Shown here: one piece after another, positions 1-17,245 of the stretch
How positions within the stretch are numbered: position 1 is the stretch's first letter
Layout of the letters: every line of letters begins with the position of its first letter
Assembly (NCBI GenBank): GCA_963851265.1
Contig: CAWKNZ010000010.1
Coordinates: 128,001-192,000, forward strand
Direction of reading: 5' to 3'
Origin: an uncultured Gemmatimonadales bacterium
GTDB lineage: Bacteria > Gemmatimonadota > Gemmatimonadetes > Gemmatimonadales > Gemmatimonadaceae
DNA length: 64,000 nt
The notes under the pieces: model-generated
The model's input: only the letters and a program-made list of their open reading frames with translations
Database searches by the model: none
What the model was told of the DNA's origin: nothing
Position numbers and translations under genes: made by a program

Positions 1-147
1 GCGCGCGGGTTCCGGCCCGGCGAGCGCCTCGGCGTGGTACACGAACAGGCGCGGGAGGTAGAACAGCCCCGCGAACCACGCAACCACGGCCACGATGTGC
101 AGCGTCTTCGCCCAGAGGTACAGCGTGCCCGACGCGGCACCCGTCAC
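1..147 (-). CDS. hemJ: Protoporphyrinogen IX oxidase HemJ (N-terminal part, runs off the window)
   Basis: My translation from GTG at 147, which overlaps the hemF stop: MTGAASGTLYLWAKTLHIVAVVAWFAGLFYLPRLFVYH, the HemJ/CopD-family signature. Not in the ORF track. Confidence 0.9.
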   Translation of the reverse strand, partial: MTGAASGTLYLWAKTLHIVAVVAWFAGLFYLPRLFVYHAEALAGPEPAR

Positions 148-1199
148 GCCAACACCTCGTCGCCCGCTCCCGGCGCGAGCCAGTCCCGCGGCTCGAGCAT
201 CGCCGCGAGCCGCGCGCCGGCGCTCCCGGCGGGGTGCGTACCCGTCGCGCCCCACGCCGCCATCGGCGGCAGCGACATGAGCACGCTGTCGATGCGCGCG
301 TTCGTGCGGAGCCCGAACAACGTGCCGCGGTCGTGCAGCAGGTTGAACTCCGCGTAGCGCGCGCGGCGCTCGAGCTGGAGCGCGCGCTCCGCGTCGCCGT
401 ACGGCTCGGCGCGCCAGCGGTCGACGACGGGCGCGTACGCCGCCGAGAGCACGGTGCCGACGGCCGCGGAAAGGCCGTGGAGCGCGGCCGTGTTCAGGAA
501 CTCCGCCACGCCCTCGCCGGGGCGCACGTGGTCGTAGAAGATGCCGCCGACGCCCCGGCGCTCGCCGCCGCGGTGGGCGTTCGCGAAGTACTCGTCGCAG
601 CACGCCTTGCCGCGCGCGTACACCGCGAGCCCGAACGGCGCGCAGGCCGCCGCGAGCGCCGCGTGGAAGTGTCGCGCGTCGGCCGGGCGCGGGTGGGTGG
701 GCGTGAGGTCGGTGCCGCCCCCGAACCACGCGTCGACGCGGGCGCCGGTCGCGTCGGTCAGCTCGAAGTAGCGCACGTTCAGGTGGACCGTCGGCACCAT
801 CGGGCTGCGCGGGTGCACGACGACGCTGACGCCGGTGGCGAAGAAGTCGAGCGGTCCGGTCCCGTCCGACCCGCCGCGCGCGCCTAACGCGCGGCCGACT
901 TCGTCCGGCAGCGCCCCGTAGACGGTCGATCGGTTGGCCCCCGCCTTCTCGAACGTCGTCCCTTCGGTGAGGAGCCGGGACACCCCGCCTCCGCCCCCGG
1001 CGCGCTCCCACGACTCGTCCGCGAAACGGCCGCCGCGGTCGAGGTCGGTGAGCAGCCGGGTGATCTCGTCGTGCACGGCGACCGTCCACGCGCCGGCGCG
1101 CGCGCGGTCGTCGTCGGCGGCCGGCACGCGGGTGTACGGCGCCACGCGCCCGGAGAGTCGGTGGTCCGGCGCGCGCGGCGCCGTGGGCGTCAGCTGCAC
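144..1199 (-). CDS. hemF: Oxygen-dependent coproporphyrinogen III oxidase
   Basis: Motifs FFATGVSVVVHPRSPMVPTVHLNVRYF, WFGGGTDLTP, RGVGGIFYD, YAEFNLLHDRGTLFGL. GTG start overlaps the hemA stop. Confidence 0.93.
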   Translation of the reverse strand: MQLTPTAPRAPDHRLSGRVAPYTRVPAADDDRARAGAWTVAVHDEITRLLTDLDRGGRFADESWERAGGGGGVSRLLTEGTTFEKAGANRSTVYGALPDEVGRALGARGGSDGTGPLDFFATGVSVVVHPRSPMVPTVHLNVRYFELTDATGARVDAWFGGGTDLTPTHPRPADARHFHAALAAACAPFGLAVYARGKACCDEYFANAHRGGERRGVGGIFYDHVRPGEGVAEFLNTAALHGLSAAVGTVLSAAYAPVVDRWRAEPYGDAERALQLERRARYAEFNLLHDRGTLFGLRTNARIDSVLMSLPPMAAWGATGTHPAGSAGARLAAMLEPRDWLAPGAGDEVLA

Positions 1200-2689
1200 C
1201 GCAGCCTCCGGCCGGCGACGTGCGCCGCGTGCGTGACGGCGGCGGCGTCCGCGCCCACGCCGGCCAGCGGCGGAGGCGAGCCGCGGGTCGCGGCCGCGTC
1301 GGTGCGTCGGCGGCGCGGGCGCAGCGCGCGGCCGGCTTCTCCGGCGGCAGCGGACGCCGCGGGCGGGAAGAGACAGGCGAGCGCGGCCACGAGCGCGTCG
1401 CACGATTCACCCTCCGCCGCGGCCGCCGCGCGGAGCGTCTGCATCGGACCGGCGAGCAGCTTGGCCACGACGCGCCCCGCCGCACGCTCGGCCACGGCGT
1501 CGCGCGTCTCGACGTCGACCCCGGCCATACCGACGGCGTAGGCGACCTCGCGCCGGCAGATGGTGGCGAGCGCGGCGCAGAAGGGGCGCACCGCCTCGCG
1601 CGCCGCCGCGTCCCGCATCCACGTGGCCAGCGCGACCCGCTCCTCCTCGACGATCCGCTCGGCGTCGGGGACCGAGGCGCCGCGCACGCGTTCCCCCGCG
1701 GCGACGGCCGGGCGGAGGGCGTCGAGATCGACGATCGTCACCGCGGCCACCGAGGCGAGCGCGGGGTCGACGTTGCGCGGCACGGCAAGGTCGATCATCA
1801 GCAGTGGGTACTGCGCCGTGGCGCACCGACGCCGCGCGGAGACGAGCGGGTCCGCGTACACGATCGGTTCGGTCGACGACGTCGCGACGACCGCGACGTC
1901 GGCGAGGGCGAGTTCTCCGTAGAGCGCGGCCACCGGCGCCGAGCGTCCGCCGACGTCGGTCGCGAGCCGCTCGGCGCGCTCGGGCGAACGGTTGAGCAGG
2001 ACGAGGTCGCGGGCGCCCAACTTGGCGAGCTGGCGGGCCGCGCGTTCGCCCGTCGTCCCGCACCCGACGACGACGACGCGCGCGTGCGCGAGCGATCCGA
2101 AGCGCCGGAGCGCGACGTTCGCCGCTTCGGCGCCGACCGACTGGCGGCCGCTCGACAGGGTCGTTTCGGCGCGCACGCGCTTGCCGACGTGCAACGCGGC
2201 CTCGAACAGCCGGTGGAGCACCGTCCCCGTGACGCCGGCGTTCCCCGCGCTCGCGTGCGCCGCGCGGAGCTGGCCTAACAGCTGTGAGTCGCCGAGGACC
2301 TGCGATTCGAGCCCCGCGGCGACGCGCAGCAGATGGAGCGCGGCCGCGTCGCCGGTCCGACGCCGGGCGGCCGCGAGGAGTTGCCGCCCGCCCGCGTCCC
2401 CGCCCATCCACGCGCGTGCGAGGGCGGCGAACTGGGCCTCGAGTGCGCGCCCGCCCGCGGCCGCCGCCGGCGCCCACGCGTACGCCTCGCTCCTGTTGCA
2501 CGTGGCAAGTGCGACACGCTGCACCGGGGCGATCCCGACGGGCGCGAGCCCCCCGGCGGCCAGCTCTGCGAGGGCCGGCCCGGTCGAGGCGCGGCCGTAG
2601 AGGCGGTCCAGTCGGTCCGGCGTGAGGTGGAAACGCTCACGCGTGGCCACGTCGGCGTGTCGGTAATCGACGGCGAGGGAGAGGAGCAT
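1190..2689 (-). CDS. hemA: Glutamyl-tRNA reductase (C5 ALA pathway)
   Basis: Catalytic ATCNRSE, RVAAGLESQVLGDSQLLGQ, NAD(P)-binding GCGTTG, IDLAVPRNVDP. Confidence 0.92.
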   Translation of the reverse strand: MLLSLAVDYRHADVATRERFHLTPDRLDRLYGRASTGPALAELAAGGLAPVGIAPVQRVALATCNRSEAYAWAPAAAAGGRALEAQFAALARAWMGGDAGGRQLLAAARRRTGDAAALHLLRVAAGLESQVLGDSQLLGQLRAAHASAGNAGVTGTVLHRLFEAALHVGKRVRAETTLSSGRQSVGAEAANVALRRFGSLAHARVVVVGCGTTGERAARQLAKLGARDLVLLNRSPERAERLATDVGGRSAPVAALYGELALADVAVVATSSTEPIVYADPLVSARRRCATAQYPLLMIDLAVPRNVDPALASVAAVTIVDLDALRPAVAAGERVRGASVPDAERIVEEERVALATWMRDAAAREAVRPFCAALATICRREVAYAVGMAGVDVETRDAVAERAAGRVVAKLLAGPMQTLRAAAAAEGESCDALVAALACLFPPAASAAAGEAGRALRPRRRRTDAAATRGSPPPLAGVGADAAAVTHAAHVAGRRLRCS

Positions 2690-2709
2690 GCGGGGGCGGC
2701 TGGGGCGCG

Positions 2710-3957
2710 TCAGGTCGCGGCGAGGCCGCTCAGGTGGGCCAGGTTCTTCACGAAAATCCGCGCGTGCGACAGCGGCTTCGCGCGCACGAGGCGCTTGCGC
2801 ATGTAGGCATCGAACGTGAGGCGCTGCACGTCCACGTCCTCGCAGATCGCGACGAACCGCTCGCGCCGGCCGTCGCCGCGGTACCAGAAGCGCTGCATGA
2901 CGTCGAGCACGAAGAACACGGCGCCGTGCTCGCGCATGAAGCGGCGGCGCGCCCCGGCGAGCGCCGCGGCGCGTGCGCGGGGCGAGGCGGCACGGATGGC
3001 CTCTTCGACCGCCTCCGCCGTGCGCCGGCCGCCCGTCATCGCGTAGAAGATTCCCTCGCCCGACGCGGGTGCGACGAGCCCCGCGGCGTCGCCGGTCACG
3101 ACGACATCGCGGCCGTTGTCCCACCGGCGGAGCGGCGTGAGGGGGATCGGCGCGCCCTCGCGCTTGAGGGTGCGTGCGTGGGCGAGGCCCGCCGTTTCGC
3201 GCAGCGCGGCGACGGCGCCGCGCATGTCGAAGCCCTGGCGAAAGGTCCCCGTGCCGACGCTGCAGACCGGGCCGTGCGGGAACACCCACGCGTAGAAGTC
3301 GGGCGAGAGCCGCCCCTGGTAGTAGACGTCGCAGCGCGTGTCGTCGTACGACGTGCCGAGCGCCGCGGCGTCGGGACGCTCGACGATCTCGTGGTAGGCG
3401 AACACGTGTCGCATGCGGGCCGCCCCCGGAATCTCCTGCCGCGCGACCGCCGAGAGCGCGCCGTCGGCACCGACGAGGAATCGCGTGCGCACCGACCGCA
3501 GCGCGCCCTCGCGCGAGGCGCCGTCGCGGTACCACACGACCGCGGTCCCGTCGCTCTCGCGCGTGAGGCGTTCGTACCGCCCCGTCACGCGTTCGGCGCC
3601 GAAGGCGACCGCGCGGACTCGGAGCCATTCGTCGAACGCACCCCGGTCGACCATGCCGACGAAGCCGTCGCCGACCGGGATGTCGACGGCTCGCCCCGCC
3701 GGCGAGACCATACGCGCGGACGCGATCTCGGCGACGAGCGCCGAGCGTGGCACGTCGAAGTCGACGAGCAGTTGCGGGGGGACGGCCCCCCCGCACGGTT
3801 TCACACGCCCGGCCTTGTCGAGCAGCATGACGCGCCGCCCGCGCTTCGCGAGTTCGTGCGCGGCAGTCGCGCCGGCGGGCCCGCCGCCGACGACGACCGC
3901 GTCGTACAGATCGCCCGCGCGTGTACCGTTCGCCTGGCCGTCCACCGAGCCGTTCAC
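2710..3957 (-). CDS. bchP: Geranylgeranyl-bacteriochlorophyll reductase
   Basis: YDAVVVGGGPAGATAA, GRVKPCGGAVPP, SPDFYAWVFPHG, GDAAGLVAPASGEGIFYAM. Confidence 0.95.
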   Translation of the reverse strand: MNGSVDGQANGTRAGDLYDAVVVGGGPAGATAAHELAKRGRRVMLLDKAGRVKPCGGAVPPQLLVDFDVPRSALVAEIASARMVSPAGRAVDIPVGDGFVGMVDRGAFDEWLRVRAVAFGAERVTGRYERLTRESDGTAVVWYRDGASREGALRSVRTRFLVGADGALSAVARQEIPGAARMRHVFAYHEIVERPDAAALGTSYDDTRCDVYYQGRLSPDFYAWVFPHGPVCSVGTGTFRQGFDMRGAVAALRETAGLAHARTLKREGAPIPLTPLRRWDNGRDVVVTGDAAGLVAPASGEGIFYAMTGGRRTAEAVEEAIRAASPRARAAALAGARRRFMREHGAVFFVLDVMQRFWYRGDGRRERFVAICEDVDVQRLTFDAYMRKRLVRAKPLSHARIFVKNLAHLSGLAAT

Positions 3958-4925
3958 CGCGCACCTCCCACCGTGACGATTCGCAGCCCGACGGCTGCGG
4001 CCATCATGCCGAACACGTAGAACGGCACGCCGACCGCGCTGTACACGAGCGCGCTCCGCGGCGTGACCGCGCCGAGAAAACGGCGCATCAGCGCGAGCTG
4101 CGCGACGACGAGCACCGCGACGAGCGCGGCAGCCCCACGCGCGTGCCATGTGGTGAGCAGTGCGATCACGGCGAGCTGCGGAACGAGCATCACCGCGCAG
4201 GCCGCGCGCGCCGCGCCGGCCGCGCCGAGCTGCACGGGGAGCGAGCGAACACCGTGGCGCTGGTCGCCTTCGACCGATTTGAAATCGTTGAGGGTCATGA
4301 TCCCGTGCGCGCCGAGGCTGTAGAGGAGCGCGAGTGCCAGCACGCGCGGGCCCGGGAGCGCCCCACCGGCCATGACGAGCGCCCCCGTGGTCCACGCGAC
4401 GCCTTCGTAGCAGAGTCCGACGGCGAGGTTCCCCCACCAGCCGTTCGCCTTGAGCCGCGCGGGAGGCGCGCTGTACGCCCACGCGAGCAGGAGCGCGAGC
4501 GCGGTCGCGGCCCCGCCCGCGGGCCCGAGCAGCAGCCCCGCGCCTAACGCGACCGCCGACCAGACGACCGCCACGGCGAGCCCCCACGCACCCGGCACGC
4601 GCCCCGACGGGATCGGTCGCGCCGGCTCGTTCACCGCGTCGACGTGGCGATCGAACCAGTCGTTGACCGCCTGGCTCGCGCCACACACGAGCGGCCCCGC
4701 GACGCACACGCCGAGGGCGAGCGCGGCCGGCGTCGCGGCCCGCGCTCCTGGCATCACGGCCGCAGCCGACACCGCACCGCACGCGAACGCCCACATCGGC
4801 GGGAACCACGTCACCGGCTTGAGCAGTTCGACGAGCGCGCGCGGGTCGGGCCGGCTGCGCAGCGCCGGCCGATCGAGCGCCGCGCCGAGCGGGTGTACGG
4901 TCAACAGAACACGTGAAGATGTCAT
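3954..4925 (-). CDS. bchG: Bacteriochlorophyll synthase (UbiA family)
   Basis: ELLKPVTWFPPMWAFACG, NDWFDRHVDAVNEPARPIPSGR, LNDFKSVEGD. The true start may be slightly downstream. Confidence 0.94.
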   Translation of the reverse strand: MTSSRVLLTVHPLGAALDRPALRSRPDPRALVELLKPVTWFPPMWAFACGAVSAAAVMPGARAATPAALALGVCVAGPLVCGASQAVNDWFDRHVDAVNEPARPIPSGRVPGAWGLAVAVVWSAVALGAGLLLGPAGGAATALALLLAWAYSAPPARLKANGWWGNLAVGLCYEGVAWTTGALVMAGGALPGPRVLALALLYSLGAHGIMTLNDFKSVEGDQRHGVRSLPVQLGAAGAARAACAVMLVPQLAVIALLTTWHARGAAALVAVLVVAQLALMRRFLGAVTPRSALVYSAVGVPFYVFGMMAAAVGLRIVTVGGAR

Positions 4926-4937
4926 GCTTCGTTGACA
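4894..4937. promoter_or_regulatory. Tandem PpsR/CrtJ operators upstream of bchG-bchP-hemA-hemF-hemJ
   Basis: Two perfect TGT-N12-ACA sites (4894-4911 and 4920-4937), 8 bp apart. Confidence 0.85.
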
Positions 4938-5041
4938 CTGTGGGCGAAGAGGAACCCCGGGTGGAGCCGGGGTTGAGGCACTGCAGCGGGGCGAGCGGGC
5001 GGGCGGTGGCGCGGTGGACGCCGGCGGGGAAGCCGGAGTGT

Positions 5042-6532
5042 TCAGCCGCTCGGGTCGGCGTCGGCGCCCTCGGCGGAGAGCAGTCGGTGTCGGCGCAGCT
5101 TGAGGTAGAGCGACTGCCGGGAGAGGCCGAGCACCTCGGCCGCTGCCGTGCGATTGCCCTGCGTCAGCGTGAGCGCGGCCTCGACGAAGTGCCGTTCGAC
5201 CATCTGCACGGTGTCACGCACGAGATCGGGGAGCGACACGCGCCCGACCTGCCGCGTCAGCTGCTCGACCGCGCGCGACAGATCGCGCGCGCCACCCGTC
5301 CCGCCCCCGACGCGGCGGCCCACGTCGCGGATCGTCCACGCCACGGCCGGTTCGGCGCCGTCGGGCGCGGACACCGCGGAGAGTTCGACGTCGGTGACGG
5401 TGCCGTGTTCGCCGCGCACCGCGGTGCCGAGCAGCCGGACGACGCCGTGCTGGCGCAACATGGCGAGCAGGAGGGGTAGATCCGCGCCGGGGCGGCCGAG
5501 CCACTCGCCGAGCGAGCGGCCGTCGGCGTGCGCGGCGTCGCCGAGCTGTGCGAGCGCGACGAACGCGCGGTTCGCGGTGAGCACGCGGCCGTCCGCGTCG
5601 GTGACGACGAACGCGTCGGGCGCGGTCTCGAGCAACGTCTGGAGCGCGGCGTGCGCGGCGTCGGGCACGTTCGCGTCGGCGTCGTCCTCCTCGGCGAAGC
5701 GCACGAGGAAGAGCGTCTGCGCTTCCTGCCGAAGGTACGACGCCGCCACCCGTACCGCGCGACCGTCGGCGAGCATGATCTCGACGTCGTCGCCGTGCCC
5801 TTCGGTGCGCGCCGACGCGAGAAGATCGTTGAGCGTCTGTCGCGCCGCGACCGCGGACTCGGGCGGGAACGCGCGCCCGACGAGCCGGTCGACGGCGGAC
5901 CCGAACAGCGCGCCCGCGGCCTCGTTCGCGTCGACCACCTTGCGCGTGTCCGCGTCGACGACGAGCACGGCATCGCGCGAGCGTTGGAACAGCAGGCGGT
6001 AGCGCGTCTCGACGTGGCGCAGACGCCAGTAGTCGCGCTCGAGCGCCTGCTGCGTCTCGACGAGGCGCTGCTGGAGCGCGGCGACGGCGCGCAGGTCGCG
6101 GCCGACCGCGACGACGCTGCCGTCGTCGAGGCGGACCGCCGCGTAGGTCACGGGAACGTCGTGGCCGTCGGACGCGACGTGGTTGACCTGACGCCGCGGC
6201 CCACCGCCCGCTGCGTTGGCCTCGCGCAGCAGCAACTCGATCTTGGCGCGCGAGTCCGGCGTCACGGTATCGACCCACCGCCGCCCGACCCAGCCGTCGA
6301 GCATCGCGCTGTGGCCCGGCTCGGGTGCCGCGGACAGTCCGGTCGCGCCGCCGCCGCTGGCCGCCGCGTCGATCACGACACCGGCCGGGTCGATGACGAG
6401 GGCGAGGTCGCTGGCCGCCGCGAGCGCCGCCGCCCCGTCCGCGCCGAGGTGCATGAGCGCGGCGCGCCCAGCGTGCCCGAAGGCGCGCGAGCCGCGCGGC
6501 GCCGGAGCGCGTTGGGCGCGTGAGGCGCTCAT
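5042..6532 (-). CDS. ppsR: Transcriptional repressor PpsR/CrtJ (PAS domains + Fis-type HTH)
   Basis: LQQRLVETQQALERDYWRLRHVETRYRLLFQ and C-terminal GNRTAAAEVLGLSRQSLYLKLRR. Confidence 0.93.
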   Translation of the reverse strand: MSASRAQRAPAPRGSRAFGHAGRAALMHLGADGAAALAAASDLALVIDPAGVVIDAAASGGGATGLSAAPEPGHSAMLDGWVGRRWVDTVTPDSRAKIELLLREANAAGGGPRRQVNHVASDGHDVPVTYAAVRLDDGSVVAVGRDLRAVAALQQRLVETQQALERDYWRLRHVETRYRLLFQRSRDAVLVVDADTRKVVDANEAAGALFGSAVDRLVGRAFPPESAVAARQTLNDLLASARTEGHGDDVEIMLADGRAVRVAASYLRQEAQTLFLVRFAEEDDADANVPDAAHAALQTLLETAPDAFVVTDADGRVLTANRAFVALAQLGDAAHADGRSLGEWLGRPGADLPLLLAMLRQHGVVRLLGTAVRGEHGTVTDVELSAVSAPDGAEPAVAWTIRDVGRRVGGGTGGARDLSRAVEQLTRQVGRVSLPDLVRDTVQMVERHFVEAALTLTQGNRTAAAEVLGLSRQSLYLKLRRHRLLSAEGADADPSG

Positions 6533-6551
6533 CACGCCGCCAGTGGGTTGG

Positions 6552-7376
6552 CTACTCGACGCGAGCATCGAGGAGCGCGCGGGCGCAGCGGGGAGCGTCC
6601 GCCGCAGACGCCGCGAAGGCGTCGGCTCCGACTCGACTGACGAACTCGGGGTGCTCGACGAAGATTCTTCCACCAACCAGGACACCAACGTGGGGGTTCC
6701 GCGCGCGGCGGCGTACCGAGGCGATCTCGCGCCGCAACGTCAACAGCCGGACATCGCACGCCGCGGAGAAGCCTACCACGTCGAACCAGTCGTCGCGTAC
6801 CGCGGCCGCGAGGCTGTCGCCCGCGCCGAGCGCGGCCACGCGGACGCTCCAGCCATCGCGCAACAGGAACTCCGCCACCATGTAGACGCCGAGCGAATGC
6901 TGCTCGCCGGGCGCGCACGCGAGCAGCGCGCGGCCGATCGGCGCGCTAACGGGCGGCTCCGACCCGAACGAATGACCGAGCTCGCGCGCGACCCGATGCA
7001 CGCGCCCCATGCCGAGCGTGACGTCGAAGAAGTCGCACGTGTCGTCGACCCACATTCGGCCGAGTGCCTCTGCCGTCGGCCCGAGCAGTTCGACGTAGAG
7101 CGCGGCAGCCGGAACCCCGCGTCGCACGAGGTCGGCGACGAGCCGCGTGGGCGCCTGATCGTCGGCGCCGAACACCAGCGCGAGGAACTCGGCGCGCTCG
7201 TCCTCGCCGACGCACGCGACCACCTCGGTACGCCCAACGTGTCGCTCCGCGCTTGCCGCGGTCGTCCACGCCGCCGGCGAGCATTCGGGCGTGTAGGCGT
7301 ACGCCTGCGCGTACACCGCGGCGGGGTGGGCGGCGATCCCGAGTCCGGCCTTCGCCGGCCGGCCGGTCCAACGCAT
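6552..7376 (-). CDS. ppaA: Cobalamin-binding antirepressor AerR/PpaA
   Basis: LGRMWVDDTCDFFDVTLG and PGEQHSLG (ExH B12-binding motif), directly upstream of ppsR. Start uncertain (7376 or 7391). Confidence 0.87.
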   Translation of the reverse strand: MRWTGRPAKAGLGIAAHPAAVYAQAYAYTPECSPAAWTTAASAERHVGRTEVVACVGEDERAEFLALVFGADDQAPTRLVADLVRRGVPAAALYVELLGPTAEALGRMWVDDTCDFFDVTLGMGRVHRVARELGHSFGSEPPVSAPIGRALLACAPGEQHSLGVYMVAEFLLRDGWSVRVAALGAGDSLAAAVRDDWFDVVGFSAACDVRLLTLRREIASVRRRARNPHVGVLVGGRIFVEHPEFVSRVGADAFAASAADAPRCARALLDARVE

Positions 7377-7478
7377 CTCTCCATGACTCACGGCAACCCC
7401 CTCCCCTCGACGCCGGCGTCCGATGTGCCCTACCGCCCGTCCCCAAAACGAACACAGGAGACCGCGGTGACGGGCCAA

Positions 7479-9552
<2,074 letters not shown>

Positions 9553-9577
9553 CCGGGAGGAAGGGGACGGCGACGAC

Positions 9578-11259
9578 ATGCAGCTGACGCTCTGGACCTA
9601 CGAGGGACCGCCGCACGTGGGGGCGATGCGCGTCGCGGCGTCGATGCGGGGCGTGCACTACGTCCTGCACGCCCCGCAGGGCGACACCTACGCCGACCTG
9701 CTGTTCACGATGATCGAGCGCTCCGCCGCGCGCCCGCCGGTCTCGTACACCACCTTCCAGGCCCGCGACCTCGGCGGCGACACGGCCGGTCTCGTGATCG
9801 AAGCCGTGCGCGAGGCGGCCGCGCTCTTCGCGCCCGACGCGCTGCTCGTCGGCGAGTCGTGCACGGCCGAGCTGATCCAGGATCAGGCCGGCGCGCTCGC
9901 GAAGGGACTCGGGCTCGGCATCCCCGTCGTCCCCCTCGACCTGCCGGCGTACTCGAAGAAGGAGAACTGGGGCGCGGCCGAGACGCTCTACCAGCTCGTG
10001 CGCGCGACGTGCGCGGCGGACGCGCCCGCGCCGGGCACGACGCGGCCGCCGCGCGACCCCGCGCGTCGCCCGGTCGCGAACGTGTTAGGCCCGAGCGCGC
10101 TCGGCTTCCGCGCGCGCGACGACGCCCGCGAGATCGTCGCGCTGCTCGGTGAGATCGGGGTGGACGTGGGCGTCGTCGCGCCGCTCGGCGCGACGGTGGC
10201 CGACCTGCGGCGGCTTCCCGCGGCCGACCTCAACGTGTGCTACGCCGCCGAGATCGCGCTCTCGACGTGCGAGTGGCTGCGACGCACGTTCGGGCAGCCC
10301 GTGGTGCGTACCGTGCCGATCGGCGTCGGCGCGACGGGCGACTTCCTGCGCGAGGTGGCCGCGGCCGCGGGGCTCCCGACGCCCGCGGTGCGCCACGACG
10401 CGTCGCGCCTGCCCTGGTACTCGCGCTCCGTCGACTCGACGTACCTGACCGGCAAGCGGGTGTTCGTGTTCGGCGACGGCACGCACGCGTGCGCGGCCGC
10501 GCGCATGGTGGTCGAGGAGTTCGGCTTCGACCTCGTCGGGCTCGGGACGTACAGCCGCGAGATGGCGCGCGACGTGCGCGCGGCGGGCGCGAAGTACGGC
10601 GTGGAGGCGTTCGTGAGCGACGACTACCTCGACGTCGAGGCGCGGATCGCGGCGGCCGCGCCGGAGCTCGTGTTAGGCACGCAGATGGAGCGGCACACGG
10701 CCAAGCGGCTGGGGGTGCCCTGCGCGGTGATCTCGGCCCCGCTCCACGTGCAGGACGTGCCCGCGCGCTACTCGCCGCAGGTCGGGTGGGAGGGCGCGAA
10801 CGTGCTGTTCGACAGCTGGGTGCACCCGCTCATGATGGGGCTCGAAGAACACCTGCTCGGGATGTTCCGCAACGACTTCGAGTTCCACGACGGCGCGGCG
10901 CCGTCGCACCTCGGGTCGCACGCGGTGCCGGCCGGCGCGTCGGCCGCGGTCGGCGTGCCGCCGCGGGCCGCGGTGGTCGATCCGTCTCCTTTTGGTCGCG
11001 GTCGAACCGGTCGCGGTCGAACCGGTCTCGGTCGAAACGGTCGTGGTCGAACCCGTGGCGGCCCCGACGCCGCGCACGACCGAGCCCGCGCCGACCGAGG
11101 TCGTCGTGACGTTGCGGTGGGCGCCCGAAGCCGAGGCCGAGCTGCGCAAGATCCCGTTCTTCGTCCGCCCCAAGGCGCGCCGCAACACGGAGCGGTACGC
11201 GGCCGAGCGCGGCGTGGCCGACATCTCGATCGACACGCTGTACGAAGCGAAGGCGCACT

Positions 11260-11270
<11 letters not shown>
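9578..11270 (+). CDS. bchB: Light-independent protochlorophyllide reductase subunit B (+1 frameshift near 10990)
   Basis: [18 protein letters not shown]...[12 protein letters not shown]. The C-terminal PCP_red domain ([25 protein letters not shown]...YEAKAHYAR) lies in the +1 frame, 10992-11270. Confidence 0.9.
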
Positions 11271-16098
<4,828 letters not shown>

Positions 16099-16099
<1 letters not shown>

Positions 16100-16887
16100 T
16101 GCAGGCGACCGGGCGCGCACCGGCCGACGCGTTAGGCTCCACGATGGGCGGCGGCTACGCCGAACGGCGCGGGCGGGTGCAGGAGTACTTCGACCACACC
16201 GCCGCCGGCGCGTGGGCGCGCCTCACGGGCGACGCGCCCGTGAGCGGCGTGCGCGCGACCGTGCGCGAGGGGCGCGCGCGCATGCGGGCGCAGCTGCTCG
16301 CGTGGCTGCCGACCGATCTCGCCGGCGCGCGCGTGCTCGACGCGGGGTGCGGGCCCGGCGCGCTCTCGACGGAGCTCGCCGCGCGCGGCGCGCACGTCAC
16401 CGCGGTCGACCTCTCGCCGACGCTCGTCGCGCTCGCGCGCGAGCGCGCCGGCGGGTATCCTGGGGCGAAGCACATTACCTGGCGCGTGGGCGACATGCTC
16501 GACCCCGCGCTCGGCCGACACGACTACGTGGTCGCCATGGACTCACTGCTCTACTACGACGCGCCCGAGGCGGCGCGCGCGCTGGCCCTGTTCGCGGCCG
16601 GTGCGACGCGCGCGGTGCTCGCCACCTTCGCGCCGGCCACGCCGCTGCTGCGTGCGATGCACGCGACGGGGCGGCTGTTCCCGCGCGGCGACCGCGCGCC
16701 GGCGATCGAGCCCGTGGGCGAGGGCGCGCTGCGTGCGGCCGTCGGCACGCTGGTTCAGGCCGACACGCGGCTCGCCGCGTGGCGGTGGGCGCGCTCGGCG
16801 CGGGTCGCGCGCGGCTTCTACACGTCGCAGGCGCTGGAGCTGCGCCGCGACCACGGTTCGGCTACCACCCTGGAGGACGTTGCATGA
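16099..16887 (+). CDS. bchM: Mg-protoporphyrin IX methyltransferase
   Basis: YFDHTAAGAWARLT, VLDAGCGPG, VVAMDSLLYY, GFYTSQALEL. Confidence 0.93.
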
Positions 16888-17231
16888 GTGCCCCCGTCGG
16901 TTCCGCCCTCGTCGCCGCCGGCGTGCTCGCGGCCGCGCTGCCCCTCGCCGGCTGGTTCGCCGTGCGGCGTCGCGAGGAGGTGCCGTGTACGCTGGACCTC
17001 GAGAGCACCCCCGAGCACTTCCACGCGCACGCGGTGCTCGACGGGGCGGTGGTCCGCGAGGGCGACGCCGTGCAGCTGTTCGACGCGCCGACGCACATCG
17101 CGCCGGGTGAGAAGCGGGTGGTGCACACCCGGGCGTCGGTCGCGCACGCCAGCGCGCCGCGCCGGTGGTGGACGCGGGCCGTGGGGGTGAGCGAGATCAG
17201 CTCGCTCTACGAAGTCGGCTTCGAAGGCTGA
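16884..17231 (+). CDS. Small hypothetical protein of the type found upstream of acsF in photosynthesis clusters
   Basis: ATG overlaps the bchM stop. [23 protein letters not shown]...LYEVGF resembles the small ORF adjacent to acsF in other PGCs (recollection, not searched). Confidence 0.7.
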   Translation: MSAPVGSALVAAGVLAAALPLAGWFAVRRREEVPCTLDLESTPEHFHAHAVLDGAVVREGDAVQLFDAPTHIAPGEKRVVHTRASVAHASAPRRWWTRAVGVSEISSLYEVGFEG

Positions 17232-17245
17232 CGGGGAACCGGCGC

